Shown: positions 54,479-64,000 of the stretch, one piece after another | How the letters are laid out: each line of letters starts with the position of its first letter | Position numbering within the stretch: the stretch's first letter is position 1 | Source: Planctomycetota bacterium | GTDB taxonomy: Bacteria; Planctomycetota; Planctomycetia; Pirellulales; Pirellulaceae | Length of the DNA: 64,000 nucleotides | Direction: 5' to 3' | NCBI GenBank assembly: GCA_031405895.1 | Contig: JANOFL010000142.1 | Span: forward strand, 202 to 64,201 | Position numbers and translations under genes: made by a program | Notes under the pieces: generated by a model | Database searches by the model: none | Told to the model about the DNA's origin: nothing | What the model saw: the letters and a program-made list of their open reading frames with translations, nothing else

Positions 54479-57400
54479 CCAGGACAGAACCGCGCTGCTC
54501 GACTCGATTCTCGACGAGGCCTTGCAATGTGTTCGACAGGGAGGCGTTTTCGGAATTGACGAGTATTGCCGTCGTTTCCCCGGGCTGGCCGAAGAATTGC
54601 ATGTGATGCTGCCAGCGTTGACGATGCTGGAAAAGCCGTTTCAGGACGCCACGGTCGCTCATTCAAAAGTGTCGGGCACCAGCGCTCCGGTCCCGCCGAA
54701 TCTGGCTGACTTTCAGATTGTCGCGGAAATCGGGCGGGGCGCGATGGGAGTCGTTTATGAAGCGATTCAGCGCCCGTTGTCGCGCCGGGTCGCGCTGAAA
54801 GTGCTGTACGGCGCGGGAAGCCAGGACGACTCGCATCCGCTTCGATTCCGTCGCGAGGCGGAAATCGCTGCCCGTCTGCACCATACGAATATCATCCCGG
54901 TCTTTGAAGCGGGTGAGTCGGCTGGACATGTCTACTACGCGATGCAGCTGATCGAAGGCGCCAATCTGCAGCAGCTGATCGCCGCCCAGGGGAGCACAAA
55001 TGGCGGAGCGAATGAGGCTGGCCCCGGCGGCGTTCCGAATAACCTGGAGCAGGTACCACCCGGCAACCGGATCTCGCAGTCGGATGAAACCGTATTGCAA
55101 CACGGCAGTACGAAAGTCAGCCGGCAACCACCACTTTCCGGGAACCGGCACCGGGCCGCCACAATTGCTGTTGAGCTGACACCGCAAACTTGCGCCCAGA
55201 TCGCCTTGCAGGTCGCCGAGGGTCTGGATTTCGCCCACGAACGGGGAATTCTGCACCGCGACATCAAGCCGTCCAACGTCATGCTGGACCAGGATGGCCG
55301 GGCCTGGATCGCCGATTTTGGCTTGGCCAAAGCCAATGAAGGGGTCGAGCTGACGGCGACTGGCGATGTTGTTGGGACAGTTCGCTATCTTGCCCCCGAA
55401 CGGTTTCGGGGTCAGTCCGACCACCGCAGTGACATCTACGCCCTGGGCCTGACGCTGTTTGAAATGCTGGAGCGCCGCCCGGCCTGGCCGGCAACGGATC
55501 GAGCCCAGCTGATTCAGCAGATTGTGGGTGGTGGCGGTTTCCGGACTGCTGGCCGGGCGGTCGGCTGGTCGGCGGACTTGCGGAGGATTGTGGAGAAGTC
55601 GACGGCATGCGATCCGGTCGAGCGTTACCAGCGGGCGGGTGAGCTGGCGGCCGATCTGCGCCGTTTTCTCGACGGACGACCTGTGCTGGCCCGAAAACAG
55701 TCCGTGCTTCGAAGCCTGCTGTTCTGGACCAGACGAAACCCGTTGCCGGCCTCACTGGTTGCGACTATTGCCGCCCTGCTGGTCGGCGGCCTGGTGGCCG
55801 TTTCCATTCTGCTGGTCCGCGAACGCAGGCAATCCCGGATTGCGGACGAGAACTTTCACACCGCTCTGGAAACGGTAAGGACCTACCTCACAGCCGTCAG
55901 CGACAGCACCGAACTCAAGGCCAGCGGCGCCGAACAGTTGCGGCGAGAGCTGTTGACCGCGGCCCAGTCCTACTACGAGTCGTTCGCCCGGAATCACCGC
56001 GACGACCCTGAGCTGCGCAGCGAGCTTGCCGATGCGGAGTTCCTGCTGGGGCGGATTCATCAGGAGACTGGAGACCTGGCGACGGCGGTTGCGTGTTTTG
56101 AGCAGGCGCGCGAGCTGCTGGCCAGCGGGCCGGAAGTACCCGCCGGGTCAGGCGATCCCGCATACCTGATCCGGCTGCTCCAGAATCTGGGCGACGCAAA
56201 CCGCCTGCTCGGAAACTGGGAGGCGGCTGAACGCAGTTTCATCGAGGCACGAGACCTCGCCCGCCAACTTTTCAAACGGTCGCCCGGCAATGTGGGGCTC
56301 AAGCTGCAGGTTGCGGACATCGAAAGCCAGCTGGGGCTGGTCTATGGTTCGATGAACCGGGCAGATGACGAGTCGGGCTGTTATGACCAAGCCAGTGACC
56401 TGGTGGCCACAGTCGGCCCCGGCCTGCTTGACGACGACGAGTTAACCGGGGACTTGATCAACATTCTCAAAAAGCTGGGTGCCGCGCGCCGGTTACAGGG
56501 GCGACTGGATGAAGCCCGCGTGCACTATGGAACCGTCATTGACCTCAGCCGGCAACTCAGCCAGCGCCAGCCTGACCAGTCGCAGCACGGTGCCAGCCTC
56601 GCCAATGGATACCTGAGACTTGGCGAACTCGACATGTTTGAGGGTCGACTGCCGGAATCGCGCGAGGCCCTGACTGAGGCAGCAGAAGTCCTCGATGGGC
56701 TGATCGACCGCCATCCGATGATTGTCTCGTATCGCGAGGGCCGTGGGACTTGCCAGGTCAATCTTGGCCAGACCGAACTCGCGGCGGGAGAATTCGCGGC
56801 CGCGGAAAGTGCCTGGCTGTTGGCCCTGCAGACCTATACCCGTCTGGCCGAGGACTGCCCCGCGAGCCTCGAGTATCGTTTCGCGACGGCCCAGACCCAG
56901 GCCAATCTTGGGAGTGCCTGTTATCGGCTGGGTCGACCGGCCGACGCCATTGAGTACACTCGCCAGGCGTTTCGCAACCTGCAATTGCTTTTGGAACAGA
57001 ATCCGGATCACCCCGAGTTCGCCGAAGTCCATTCCGGAATTGGCAGCAATCTCGCGGCCCTTCTGAATGCTGATGGCCGCCCCGACGAGGCCATGGAAAT
57101 CCTCCTCGACTCCATCCGGGTCCATGAAATCCTGTTGACCAGGCAGCCCGGCCTGCTATCCACGCGGGCGGCACTGGCCAATGCTCATATCAACGCTTCG
57201 AGCGCAGCGAAAGAGATGATGGCAACGGCCGACGCCCTGCGCCATCTCGGCCAAGCCGTTAGTCTCCTCGAAGGCCTCCGGACTGAACACAGCGGCGTTG
57301 CCGAGTATCGTGTGTCGCTTGCCGTTGCGCGAAATCTCGCCGGAATGATCCACTATGAGGCTGGGCAGACCAAGGCTGCCGAACCCGAGTTTCGCGAGTC

Positions 57401-58079
57401 ACTTTGGTTGTATGAGGCACTTGCCGAAGAACAACCGGACAACCCATCGTTGTTGAGGTGGACCGGAATGCTGCACCACAGCCTCGCGATGAATCTGCGC
57501 GAAGCGGGGCGGTCGGACGAGGCTTTGAAGCACTTTGATTCTGTGATTGAGACGCTCGAGGCGGTACAGGAATTGACCGCGCCCGGAATCCCGGCCGGGG
57601 TCGGGAACTACCGGCTGGAGCGGGCCAAGGCGCTGGGTCGGCTCGGCCGATTCGCGGACGCGATCACCGAATGCCAAAGGGCCTGCGCTGCGGGCGGCGA
57701 AGTCGACCGGGACTGTGCGGCTGCCATCACCGCGCAGATGCTGGCCGCAAAGGGAAACTGGGAAGAAGGCCTGCAGGAGGTCTGCCAGCTCGACGGCGTC
57801 CGCTTTGGCGATCCCCGCGACGCGATCGAACTCGCGGCCGCGTGGGCGCTGCTTGGCCAGGCCGTCGTCGACGGATCGTTGACGCTTGAGGCGCTGGGAG
57901 AAGACTCGCCGGCGTCCGCCGAAGGCTGCTTTCTTCGCGCGATTGCGTTGATTGAGACGGCGATCGGGCAGGGGTTGCGGAACGTCGCACTGTTCGATTC
58001 GATTGCAGCGCTCGACGCCTTGCGCGAGCGGGAAGATTATGGATTGCTGATGGAAAGAATTGGTCTGGAACCGGACTGA
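54465..58079 (+). CDS. Ser/Thr protein kinase with TM segment and very long TPR region, overlapping the ECF sigma gene
   Basis: ATG 54465 (METADQDRTALL) lies 14 nt inside the sigma gene. Motifs: GRGAMGVVYEA..RRVALKVL, HRDIKPSNVML, DFGLAKA, YLAPE. A TM segment (LVATIAALLVGGLVAVSILLV) follows, then about 700 aa of TPR-like repeats. Confidence 0.9.
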   Translation: METADQDRTALLDSILDEALQCVRQGGVFGIDEYCRRFPGLAEELHVMLPALTMLEKPFQDATVAHSKVSGTSAPVPPNLADFQIVAEIGRGAMGVVYEAIQRPLSRRVALKVLYGAGSQDDSHPLRFRREAEIAARLHHTNIIPVFEAGESAGHVYYAMQLIEGANLQQLIAAQGSTNGGANEAGPGGVPNNLEQVPPGNRISQSDETVLQHGSTKVSRQPPLSGNRHRAATIAVELTPQTCAQIALQVAEGLDFAHERGILHRDIKPSNVMLDQDGRAWIADFGLAKANEGVELTATGDVVGTVRYLAPERFRGQSDHRSDIYALGLTLFEMLERRPAWPATDRAQLIQQIVGGGGFRTAGRAVGWSADLRRIVEKSTACDPVERYQRAGELAADLRRFLDGRPVLARKQSVLRSLLFWTRRNPLPASLVATIAALLVGGLVAVSILLVRERRQSRIADENFHTALETVRTYLTAVSDSTELKASGAEQLRRELLTAAQSYYESFARNHRDDPELRSELADAEFLLGRIHQETGDLATAVACFEQARELLASGPEVPAGSGDPAYLIRLLQNLGDANRLLGNWEAAERSFIEARDLARQLFKRSPGNVGLKLQVADIESQLGLVYGSMNRADDESGCYDQASDLVATVGPGLLDDDELTGDLINILKKLGAARRLQGRLDEARVHYGTVIDLSRQLSQRQPDQSQHGASLANGYLRLGELDMFEGRLPESREALTEAAEVLDGLIDRHPMIVSYREGRGTCQVNLGQTELAAGEFAAAESAWLLALQTYTRLAEDCPASLEYRFATAQTQANLGSACYRLGRPADAIEYTRQAFRNLQLLLEQNPDHPEFAEVHSGIGSNLAALLNADGRPDEAMEILLDSIRVHEILLTRQPGLLSTRAALANAHINASSAAKEMMATADALRHLGQAVSLLEGLRTEHSGVAEYRVSLAVARNLAGMIHYEAGQTKAAEPEFRESLWLYEALAEEQPDNPSLLRWTGMLHHSLAMNLREAGRSDEALKHFDSVIETLEAVQELTAPGIPAGVGNYRLERAKALGRLGRFADAITECQRACAAGGEVDRDCAAAITAQMLAAKGNWEEGLQEVCQLDGVRFGDPRDAIELAAAWALLGQAVVDGSLTLEALGEDSPASAEGCFLRAIALIETAIGQGLRNVALFDSIAALDALREREDYGLLMERIGLEPD

Positions 58080-58140
58080 CACGATTGTTGGAGTGACACC
58101 TCTGATTGGGGTCCGCCGAAATCCGGTCAATGTTGCGCAG

Positions 58141-58200
58141 ACGCCCCCCCTCGCCCTCCCCGCACCGCTCAAAGCAGCGGTGGAGGAGGGAGCCGGAAGA
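58141..58200. repeat. REP element family B, single copy
   Basis: ccctccccgcaccgctcaaagcagcggtggaggagggagccggaaga, in the convergent gap after the kinase gene. Confidence 0.8.
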
Positions 58201-58219
58201 GAACAGAGTTTTTTGTTGC

Positions 58220-59668
58220 TCAGAGACTCAGCAACCAGAGCGGGACTTCGCCTTGCGGATCGTTGAAAAGCAGGCTGAAGACATCGTCACCGCTGTTGCC
58301 ATTGATCAGGAACCGGCCGAGAGTGCCGTAGTTCACGCCGGCCCGGTCGGAGCCGTAGAAGCTGATCCGGTCGGCACCCGAGCCGCCGCGGATTCGGCCG
58401 TAGACCAGGCCGTTCGCGTTGCTGCCAGCGTCGATATCGACCACGGCGTTGATCGTGTCGTCGCCCGAATCGCCGTTGATTTCGACCAGGTAGCGGCCAG
58501 TCGCGCCCAGCCGCAGGTTGGCGAGCGTACCGCCGAACTGGTCCTGGGTGCTGAAATTGACCGTGTCATTTCCAGCATTGCCGTTGAGAACGTACTCGAC
58601 TTCGCCGTTCAGGACCGCGTCCTTGCCCTGCAGCGTGAACGGAATCACAAGCAGTGAATCGTCGCCCGCGCCGGCGTTGACGACGAAACTGGCTTTCGCT
58701 GTCGCATCGTTGACGAAGTTGTCGTAGCCCAGGGTGCTGACGAAGGCATCGTTGCCACTGCCGAGATTGCCCACGAGTGAAACGCTGGAGTCCGTCGAAA
58801 CGCCCGCGTTGAGGCGGAAATTCAGCGCGTCGTTGTCGCCGTGGGCGTTGGCGACGTACCGCATGGTCGAGCCATTGCGGATGTCGGACGAGTTGATGCA
58901 GACGCTGATCGCGTCATTGCCACTGTGGGTATCAGCAATGAACGACAGGTGCGAGTTGTCGATCAGGGCCTGCCGCTGGATGAAGACATTCTCCGTGTCG
59001 ACCCCCTTGGCCCCCGACATGTACGAGTCGAAGGTCGAGTTCATGATCGGGCCGCGGAGCAGGTAGTACATCTGGTCATTGCCTTCGCGGAAGGTCACAT
59101 CGACATCGACGTCGCTGCCGTAGATGGCGTTGAACTCTCCCTGGAAGAAGTCGTTGCCCTTCGTCCCCAGCATCCGGACGTTGAAGTCCGACTGCTGGAT
59201 GTCGAAGCCGTTGGCGTCGACGAGCAGGTTCATCCCGCCGGTGTCGCCACCCCAGACTTTGAGATCCCGTTCGCCACTGTTGAGGTTGTTCATGAGCCGG
59301 AACTCGACCCGGTCGTCGCCGCCCGCCATGTGGAAGACGTAGTGGTCGAACTCGGGGATCCCGAAGAACAGCTGCGAATCGAGAAAGACATCGAGCGCCC
59401 CGTCGCCGTCGGTGTCGATGTTGATCGACGAAGTGACCCCCGGCGTATCGAGCACGATCACGGTCTGCCCGACAGTGTCACCGGTCAGGGTAAACGTCTT
59501 GTTGACCCCGTCCGGCACCCAGATCACGGCCAGCAGCCGCCGGGACTCCAACGCCTGGTACGCCTCCGTCCCGCTGCCGGCCCCCCGGCCTCCGATCGGG
59601 GAGGACCTGCGAATCTGGCGACTGGATCCCGTACTGTTCCCGAAAAAACGTGGAAAAATGGCTTTCAT
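58220..59668 (-). CDS. Secreted protein with degenerate hemolysin-type (RTX-like) calcium-binding repeats
   Basis: GGSGADRISF, GNSGDDVFSL, GDSGDDTINA, GNAGNDTVNF, GAGDDSLLV, GSGNDAFVS. The N-terminus is basic, followed by YQALESRRLLAVIW. Confidence 0.75.
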   Translation of the reverse strand: MKAIFPRFFGNSTGSSRQIRRSSPIGGRGAGSGTEAYQALESRRLLAVIWVPDGVNKTFTLTGDTVGQTVIVLDTPGVTSSINIDTDGDGALDVFLDSQLFFGIPEFDHYVFHMAGGDDRVEFRLMNNLNSGERDLKVWGGDTGGMNLLVDANGFDIQQSDFNVRMLGTKGNDFFQGEFNAIYGSDVDVDVTFREGNDQMYYLLRGPIMNSTFDSYMSGAKGVDTENVFIQRQALIDNSHLSFIADTHSGNDAISVCINSSDIRNGSTMRYVANAHGDNDALNFRLNAGVSTDSSVSLVGNLGSGNDAFVSTLGYDNFVNDATAKASFVVNAGAGDDSLLVIPFTLQGKDAVLNGEVEYVLNGNAGNDTVNFSTQDQFGGTLANLRLGATGRYLVEINGDSGDDTINAVVDIDAGSNANGLVYGRIRGGSGADRISFYGSDRAGVNYGTLGRFLINGNSGDDVFSLLFNDPQGEVPLWLLSL

Positions 59669-59939
59669 CGTCGTGGCTCCTGGTGGTGAAACAAACCGTC
59701 ACATGTCCGGACATGCCTCCATTCCGTTCCGGACACAGACTACCGCGCCATGCCGGCACCTGTGGCGCCTCCGCACATTCCTGGAAATCAGCAATAAAAC
59801 CAGTGGTTGCTCACGGTCAGGTGAGAGTCTTGCCCGGCGTACGAAAAACGGGCCAAACAGGTCACAGCGAGTTGGGACGGGAATCCGCTATCTTTGACCG
59901 GTTGTCGATTTCCCAGTCCGAGGCCGCGAGTGTTGGTTG

Positions 59940-61841
59940 ATGTCGCTGTTGCTTTCTGTCCGGTCGATTGAAAAGAAGTACTCCCAGGAGCCGTTGCTGG
60001 TTGACGTTTCGTTTGAGCTGCGGCGGGGGGACCGGATTGGGCTGATCGGACCGAATGGCTGCGGGAAGACGACGCTGCTCAAGATTCTGCGCGGCGAGCT
60101 GGCGGCGGACCGCGGCGAGATCGAGGCGGGCAGGGGCGTGACGCTGGGGTATCTCGAGCAGGCACCCAAATTCGCGGCCGGAGCGACGCTCCGCGAAGTG
60201 GCGTTTGGCGCGCTGGCCCACATTCAGGTCATGGTGGACGAAGCCGGGGATCTGGCTGGCCGGATGGGATCAACCAGCGAACCTGGCGAACTGGCGCGGC
60301 TGGGCGAGCGATACGACCGGCTGCACGCCGAGCTGGAACGGCGGGACGCGTTTCAGCTTGACCACAAGGTGGAACGGGTGCTGCAGGGGATCGGCTTCCA
60401 GTCTGCCCAGTTCGACCAGCTGGCCGCGCAGCTGAGTGGCGGGGAGGCCAACCGGCTGATGCTGGCCGGGCTGCTGCTCGGCGAGCCGGATGTGATGTTG
60501 CTGGACGAGCCGTCGAACCACCTCGATATCGTGGCGACGGAATGGCTCGAGGCGTTCCTGCGGCAGACCCGCAGCGCATTCCTGCTGGTCAGCCACGACC
60601 GCTATTTTCTCGACGCGGTTACCAACCAGACGCTGGAGCTGGTCAATGGCACGGTGGATGCCTATCCGGGAAACTTTACGCGCTACCGGCTGCTCAAGGA
60701 CGACCGGCTCAAGGTCCAGCAGCGGACCTGGGAAAAACAGCAGGAAGAGATCGCCCGGATCGAAGACTTCATCCGCCGCAACCACTATGGCCAGAAGGCG
60801 ACGCAGGCCGAAGACCGCCGCAAGAAGCTGGAGCGGATTGAGCGGGTGGCTCTGCCGCGAACGATCAGCGTGCCGCCGATGGCCTTCGCCGAGCCGGAGC
60901 GATGTGGCGACATCGTGTTGCGGGCCGAGCAGCTGGCGATGGGGTTTGGGCAGCGGCAGCTCTTCAGCCGGCTGAGCTTCCAGATCGAACGGCGCGAACG
61001 GTGGGGAATTGTCGGGGCCAACGGCAGCGGCAAGTCAACGCTCTTGAAGTGCCTGACGGGCGAGTTGCGGCCGGCCGGCGGAACGGTCGGGACCGGGACC
61101 GGCGTGACGCTCGGCTACTTCGACCAGCAGCAGGCTGTGCTTGATTCGGACCTGTCGGCGGCGGAGGCGGTCCGGCCAGCGCATCGCGAGATGATCGATG
61201 TCGAGCGGCGCAGTCTGCTGGCCCGTTTTGGAATCACGGGCGAAACGGCCTTGCGGCCGACGCGGACGCTGAGCGGGGGCCAGCGCAGCCGGGTGGCACT
61301 GGCGCGACTGGCGGCGCTGGACGCCAATTTCCTGATCCTCGACGAGCCGACCAATCATCTTGACCTCTGGTCGCGCGATGCCCTTGAGCAGGCCTTGCGG
61401 GAGTTTGAGGGAACAGTGTTGTGTGTAAGCCACGACCGGTACTTCCTGAACCAGGTGTGCGACCATCTGCTGGTGTTCGAGGGCGAGCGCGTGCTGGTCT
61501 ACCCGGGCAACTGGGACCAGTACCGCTATCAAAGTGAAGAGCAGGAGACTCCCGCCGTGACCGCCCCGGCCCGGGCCGCCGGGAGCGAGCCACGGATCGC
61601 CGAAAACGGTCGCGCCGGCCGCGCGCGGCGAAAATTTCCCTATCGCAAGACCAGCGACATCGAGCGGGAAATCGCCGAGCGTGAAGCGGCGGTCACCGAA
61701 CTCCATCACGAGCTGATCCGGCCCGAAAACCTGCGCGATGGAACGAAAATGGTGCGATTACAGCAGACGCTTGGCGAGCATCGGGCCGCGCTGGAGCAGC
61801 TCTATGAGCACTGGCAGGAGGCCGTGGAGCTCAACGGCTGA
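59940..61841 (+). CDS. ABC-F family ATPase (tandem ABC domains, no TM domains)
   Basis: Two full cassettes: GPNGCGKTT / LSGGEANR / MLLDEPSNHLD and GANGSGKST / LSGGQRSR / LILDEPTNHLD. There is an inter-domain linker and a C-terminal coiled-coil tail. Confidence 0.9.
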   Translation: MSLLLSVRSIEKKYSQEPLLVDVSFELRRGDRIGLIGPNGCGKTTLLKILRGELAADRGEIEAGRGVTLGYLEQAPKFAAGATLREVAFGALAHIQVMVDEAGDLAGRMGSTSEPGELARLGERYDRLHAELERRDAFQLDHKVERVLQGIGFQSAQFDQLAAQLSGGEANRLMLAGLLLGEPDVMLLDEPSNHLDIVATEWLEAFLRQTRSAFLLVSHDRYFLDAVTNQTLELVNGTVDAYPGNFTRYRLLKDDRLKVQQRTWEKQQEEIARIEDFIRRNHYGQKATQAEDRRKKLERIERVALPRTISVPPMAFAEPERCGDIVLRAEQLAMGFGQRQLFSRLSFQIERRERWGIVGANGSGKSTLLKCLTGELRPAGGTVGTGTGVTLGYFDQQQAVLDSDLSAAEAVRPAHREMIDVERRSLLARFGITGETALRPTRTLSGGQRSRVALARLAALDANFLILDEPTNHLDLWSRDALEQALREFEGTVLCVSHDRYFLNQVCDHLLVFEGERVLVYPGNWDQYRYQSEEQETPAVTAPARAAGSEPRIAENGRAGRARRKFPYRKTSDIEREIAEREAAVTELHHELIRPENLRDGTKMVRLQQTLGEHRAALEQLYEHWQEAVELNG

Positions 61842-61862
61842 AGCGGCTGCGAAGCAGAGTGC

Positions 61863-61896
61863 GAAAAAGATGCGGCGGAGGCCAACGGCCTCCGCC
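61863..61896 (-). terminator. Rho-independent terminator for the minus-strand gene 61950-62870
   Basis: Perfect 10-bp stem ggcggaggcc / ggcctccgcc (61874-61883 and 61887-61896). On the minus strand it is followed by GCATCTTTTTC. Confidence 0.55.
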
Positions 61897-61949
61897 TTCG
61901 CTGCCCATCGCGTCCGCGCGACTTGGACTTTTCCCGGAAATTCCCCGGC

Positions 61950-62870
61950 TTACTTCTTTTCGCTGAAGCGGGTCATGACTTTCTGGACCAGGCTTTGGGC
62001 AATCGTTTGACCCTGAGCCTGGATTTCCATGATCATGTCCTGGTTCATCGTCGTCGATTCAATTCGCCCGGCGTTGTTGTCGAAATGGATGAACCCGCTG
62101 TTTTCCTGTTCCACGACCTCAACCGAAACGTCGCCGGCCACCGGATCGAGCTCGAATTCCATTTTGATTTCCATCCCGATCCGGTGCAGCTCGCGGCCTT
62201 CGACCTGCTCGGTTCCTTCGTACTTGTAGGTCGTCCCCAACAAGAGTTTGCCCATCCCGGGCAGGGCCATTTCCGAGTCGCGCGTCCACGTGTCGCCAAC
62301 CGCCAGCTTTTCCGGGAAAGCCGGTGACGCGTCGCGGGTCAGCCGTTCGAGCGTTTCCTTGCCGAGATTGACACTTCCCGCTCCCGCCTGATCCAGACCA
62401 TCGAGGCTGCCCTCGGGAATCTGGACCTCGGTGATTTCCCCGGTCGGCTTCATGACCGTGGCGGTCTCAACACCAATCATCGGGCGATAGACTTTCTCCA
62501 GCTGCGCGCCGGCCGGCCCTTTCGTCTGCTCCGGGTCGCTGGAGTCGAAATGGCTCGTGCCTTGCATCGGCACTTCGATATCGGACATGGCGCGGTCGAT
62601 CATGGTCAGGACCCGTGCCGAGCCGTCCTCATTGACCGAATCGACTTTCCAGGTCATCCAGTTGCTGGACTTGTTGACCGTTTCCATCTTCTGCCCGGCC
62701 ACATTCATGATCATGTTCATGTCCTGGACCATTTCGACCTGGATCACCCGGCCTGCTTCAAACTTCCAGCGCAACTCGACGCCGCCATCCTGGCCCGATA
62801 ACACGCTGGACGACAGCAACACTCCGACAAGCACGACCAGCGACGAACAACGGACAGCGAGAGAGGGCAT
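61950..62870 (-). CDS. Hypothetical secreted protein
   Basis: 306-aa ORF with signal peptide MPSLAVRCSSLVVLVGVLLSSSVLSGQD. It has ordinary, non-low-complexity composition and no recognisable motif. Confidence 0.6.
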   Translation of the reverse strand: MPSLAVRCSSLVVLVGVLLSSSVLSGQDGGVELRWKFEAGRVIQVEMVQDMNMIMNVAGQKMETVNKSSNWMTWKVDSVNEDGSARVLTMIDRAMSDIEVPMQGTSHFDSSDPEQTKGPAGAQLEKVYRPMIGVETATVMKPTGEITEVQIPEGSLDGLDQAGAGSVNLGKETLERLTRDASPAFPEKLAVGDTWTRDSEMALPGMGKLLLGTTYKYEGTEQVEGRELHRIGMEIKMEFELDPVAGDVSVEVVEQENSGFIHFDNNAGRIESTTMNQDMIMEIQAQGQTIAQSLVQKVMTRFSEKK

Positions 62871-63159
62871 GGATCACCTCGGGGAATGCGGACAAAACCG
62901 TTTGCGGCTGGAGGAATTGTATCCGCCAGCGAAGAGTTTCAGGCCAGCCACGCCAGCCGGGCCAAAAAACCCTGTTCCCGGTGGGTGAACGCCAGCCCAT
63001 CCGCATCCGACGGGCAACTGCACCCGATTAGCAGTGCCGAAGCTGGCGGCCCGCCTGCAACGCGGCCCGTTTCAAAGCAAGAAAAACGCCAAGCCGCGCT
63101 GGCCTGGCGTGAACTGTTGGTCGAGCCCGATGCCCCGACAAGGGGCGGGGCGCGGCGGT

Positions 63160-63546
63160 TCAGAAGTTGAGATAGATCGAGCCACCCCCATGGTAGCCGC
63201 CGCAGCCGCCACCGTAGACCGGCCGGCCGTAATAACCCTGGTATCCGCCGTAGACGGGCATCTGGGGAACACCATAAACAGGACGGTAAACGTTGTGTCC
63301 GCAGCCGTATCCGGGTGAGCTGTAACCAAAACCGCCGTAGGGGTTGCCGTAGTTGATCCCGATCGAAAAGTTCGACGAGTGGCCATGCTCACCACCGTGA
63401 TAGCCACCGCCGTGGTGTCCACCGCCGTGGTAACCACTGTTGTGGTAGTGACCGTGTCCCTGATGGTGATGGCCCTGGGCCGAAGCCGAATCGCTGGACC
63501 AGGCCATGATGGCCACGGCCGCGAGCAAGGCAGCACTTCGCAACAT
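63160..63546 (-). CDS. Small secreted Gly/His/Tyr-rich protein
   Basis: Track ORF 63160..63651. Start moved to ATG 63546 (MLRSAALLAAVAIMAWSSDSASAQ), with AGGAGA 7 nt upstream. The mature part reads GHHHQGHGHYHNSGYHGGGHHGGGYHGGEHGH...YGGYQGYYGRPVYGGGCGGYHGGG. Confidence 0.6.
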   Translation of the reverse strand: MLRSAALLAAVAIMAWSSDSASAQGHHHQGHGHYHNSGYHGGGHHGGGYHGGEHGHSSNFSIGINYGNPYGGFGYSSPGYGCGHNVYRPVYGVPQMPVYGGYQGYYGRPVYGGGCGGYHGGGSIYLNF

Positions 63547-63822
63547 TGTCAGTTCTCCTGAATGTAGGGGAGTGGGGGAGAGAAGACCCCTGTCGAAACG
63601 GGCTGAGGCCAGTCGATGGTCTTCGCCGGGGCTTTCAAGCGATGCAAGCATTGTGCCAAAGCGGCGCGATGTTGCCCGGCCGCATCAACCGGGCTATTCT
63701 CGCGAAACACGGTTCAGAGTCGGCCCGGACATGGTTCAGACTGACCACGGATTGAGATCGGTTTGATAACGATCGGCCAATCCGGTTGACTCGGACTGAC
63801 CGCTAACGTCATCCGGACCAGC

Positions 63823-64000
63823 ATGAACGAACTCCATCCGGTCACGCTTCCGCCGGGACAGCAGCTTGTTGCAGCGGACAAGTGGCCGATCATTGGCGAG
63901 CGGAATCCGCCCGTCCTGAACGCACCGTTTGTGCTCCGCGTCGCCGGCCTGGTCGAGCGGCCCGTGGAACTTGGACTGGCCGGTATCGAAGCCTTGGGAA
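63823..64000 (+). CDS. Probable sulfite-oxidase-family molybdopterin oxidoreductase, N-terminal fragment (runs off the window end)
   Basis: Not in the ORF track. ATG 63823 gives MNELHPVTLPPGQQLVAADKWPIIGERNPPVLNAPFVLRVAGLVERPVELGLAGIEAL. The W.l.V.G.V..P..l pattern is typical of the start of the Mo-cofactor domain. Confidence 0.4.
   Translation, partial: MNELHPVTLPPGQQLVAADKWPIIGERNPPVLNAPFVLRVAGLVERPVELGLAGIEALG

Noticed and set aside
1-64000. Search for tRNA, rRNA, tmRNA or integrase genes that could delimit the accessory block
   Set aside because: I recognised none in the intergenic regions. This is a by-eye negative and should be confirmed with tRNAscan-SE/Infernal.

Overview
High-GC bacterial chromosomal segment. 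The gene content points to Planctomycetota (inference): three Ser/Thr kinases with C-terminal TPR arrays, an ECF sigma gene overlapping a kinase gene, PEP-CTERM proteins, PQQ-like beta-propellers, giant secreted repeat proteins that open with a basic stretch plus an LExRxLL motif, and many short palindromic repeats. I call about 40 protein genes. These include two partial genes at the window edges that are missing from the ORF track, and several start codons moved downstream of the track ORFs. I also call one IS5-family element whose transposase has two in-frame stops, one IS701-family remnant, one decayed kinase gene, two intrinsic terminators, and at least six families of REP/MITE-like palindromic elements. 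I recognised no rRNA, tRNA or CRISPR array. The best candidate for something new is an AT-richer accessory block at about 26.6-33.6 kb. It holds a Shedu (SduA/DUF4263) defence nuclease and a RelA/SpoT-type nucleotidyltransferase fused to a C-terminal HEPN-like R-x4-H domain. It also holds a G-rich 83-bp tandem repeat in the convergent gap that follows. The last piece is an operon of a leaderless S8 subtilase plus a free-standing copy of its own prodomain, both with SPKK/histone-H1-like basic tails. A second notable point is that three palindromic repeat elements sit in frame inside intact ORFs, as Rickettsia palindromic elements do. All functional calls come from reading motifs in the translations by eye; no searches were run.
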